Shown here: piece by piece, positions 63,661 to 64,000 of the stretch
Layout: each line of letters starts with the position of its first letter
Position numbering within the stretch: the first letter of the stretch is position 1
Assembly (NCBI RefSeq): GCF_009834535.1
Contig: NC_045696.1
Coordinates: 30,878,001 to 30,942,000 of the forward strand
Origin: Camelus ferus
Lineage: Eukaryota
Reading direction: 5' to 3'
Length of the DNA stretch: 64,000 nucleotides
Position numbers and translations under genes: made by a program
The notes under the pieces: model-generated
Databases searched by the model: none
What the model saw: the letters and a program-made list of their open reading frames with translations, nothing else
What the model was told of the DNA's origin: nothing

Positions 63661-64000
63661 GAACAAATTCACTCATTAGTATGTTCAGAAAAATCTTAAG
63701 TACAGTATGAGTGAATAGGAAAGGATAAACTATGCTGCGTTTTTTTAAATTCACCAGTCCGCAATACTGCCGCCATAGTGATGAGACCAGAGAAACCCAA
63801 GACTACCAGAAGTTGATAGTACCTAAAGAACAAATGCCATCCAATTCTAGGCTCTGCACTTCTTTTCTGATTCTTTTCACCCCAAACAAGGTTGACTGTG
63901 TGGCCCCAGCCACTCAGATACTTTGTTTTTCTCTTTCTTGTTCCTTATCCCACGAAAGCATCCTTTCTGCCCCATTTTGCAGTTCTCCCAGAGGTCTCTG

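Noticed and set aside
1..64000. CRISPR array, operon, rRNA, NUMT or non-retroviral viral insert
   Set aside because: No regular repeat-spacer array, no long ORFs (maximum 128 aa), and no recognisable rRNA, mitochondrial or viral sequence; the content is typical mammalian repeat-rich DNA.

Overview
AT-rich, CpG-depleted mammalian DNA, very probably camelid: it carries a tRNA-Ala-derived Vic-1-type SINE at 39083-39260 and a young L1 with a camelid-type 3' end at 17427-18452. No recognisable protein-coding gene is present, and the ORF-track peptides are decayed L1 ORF1/ORF2 fragments or chance ORFs. Roughly half the window is interspersed repeat: L1s (one full-length with TSD, three with large internal deletions), L2, MIR, MaLR/ERV LTRs including a whole MLT1 provirus, and hAT/Tigger fossils. 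The most notable structures are (1) a ~0.9 kb TSD-flanked L1 5'UTR-3'end fusion with an extra 5' leader, (2) an MLT1 provirus whose two LTRs look like different subfamilies, (3) a fold-back micro-inversion at an L1 deletion junction, and (4) a non-repeat CpG-retaining island at ~13.1-13.8 kb. That island, several minus-strand exon-like segments and a repeat strand bias hint at an unannotated minus-strand transcript. Repeat family names come from my recall of consensus sequences, not from a search, and most boundaries are approximate. I found no evidence for a new multi-gene system.
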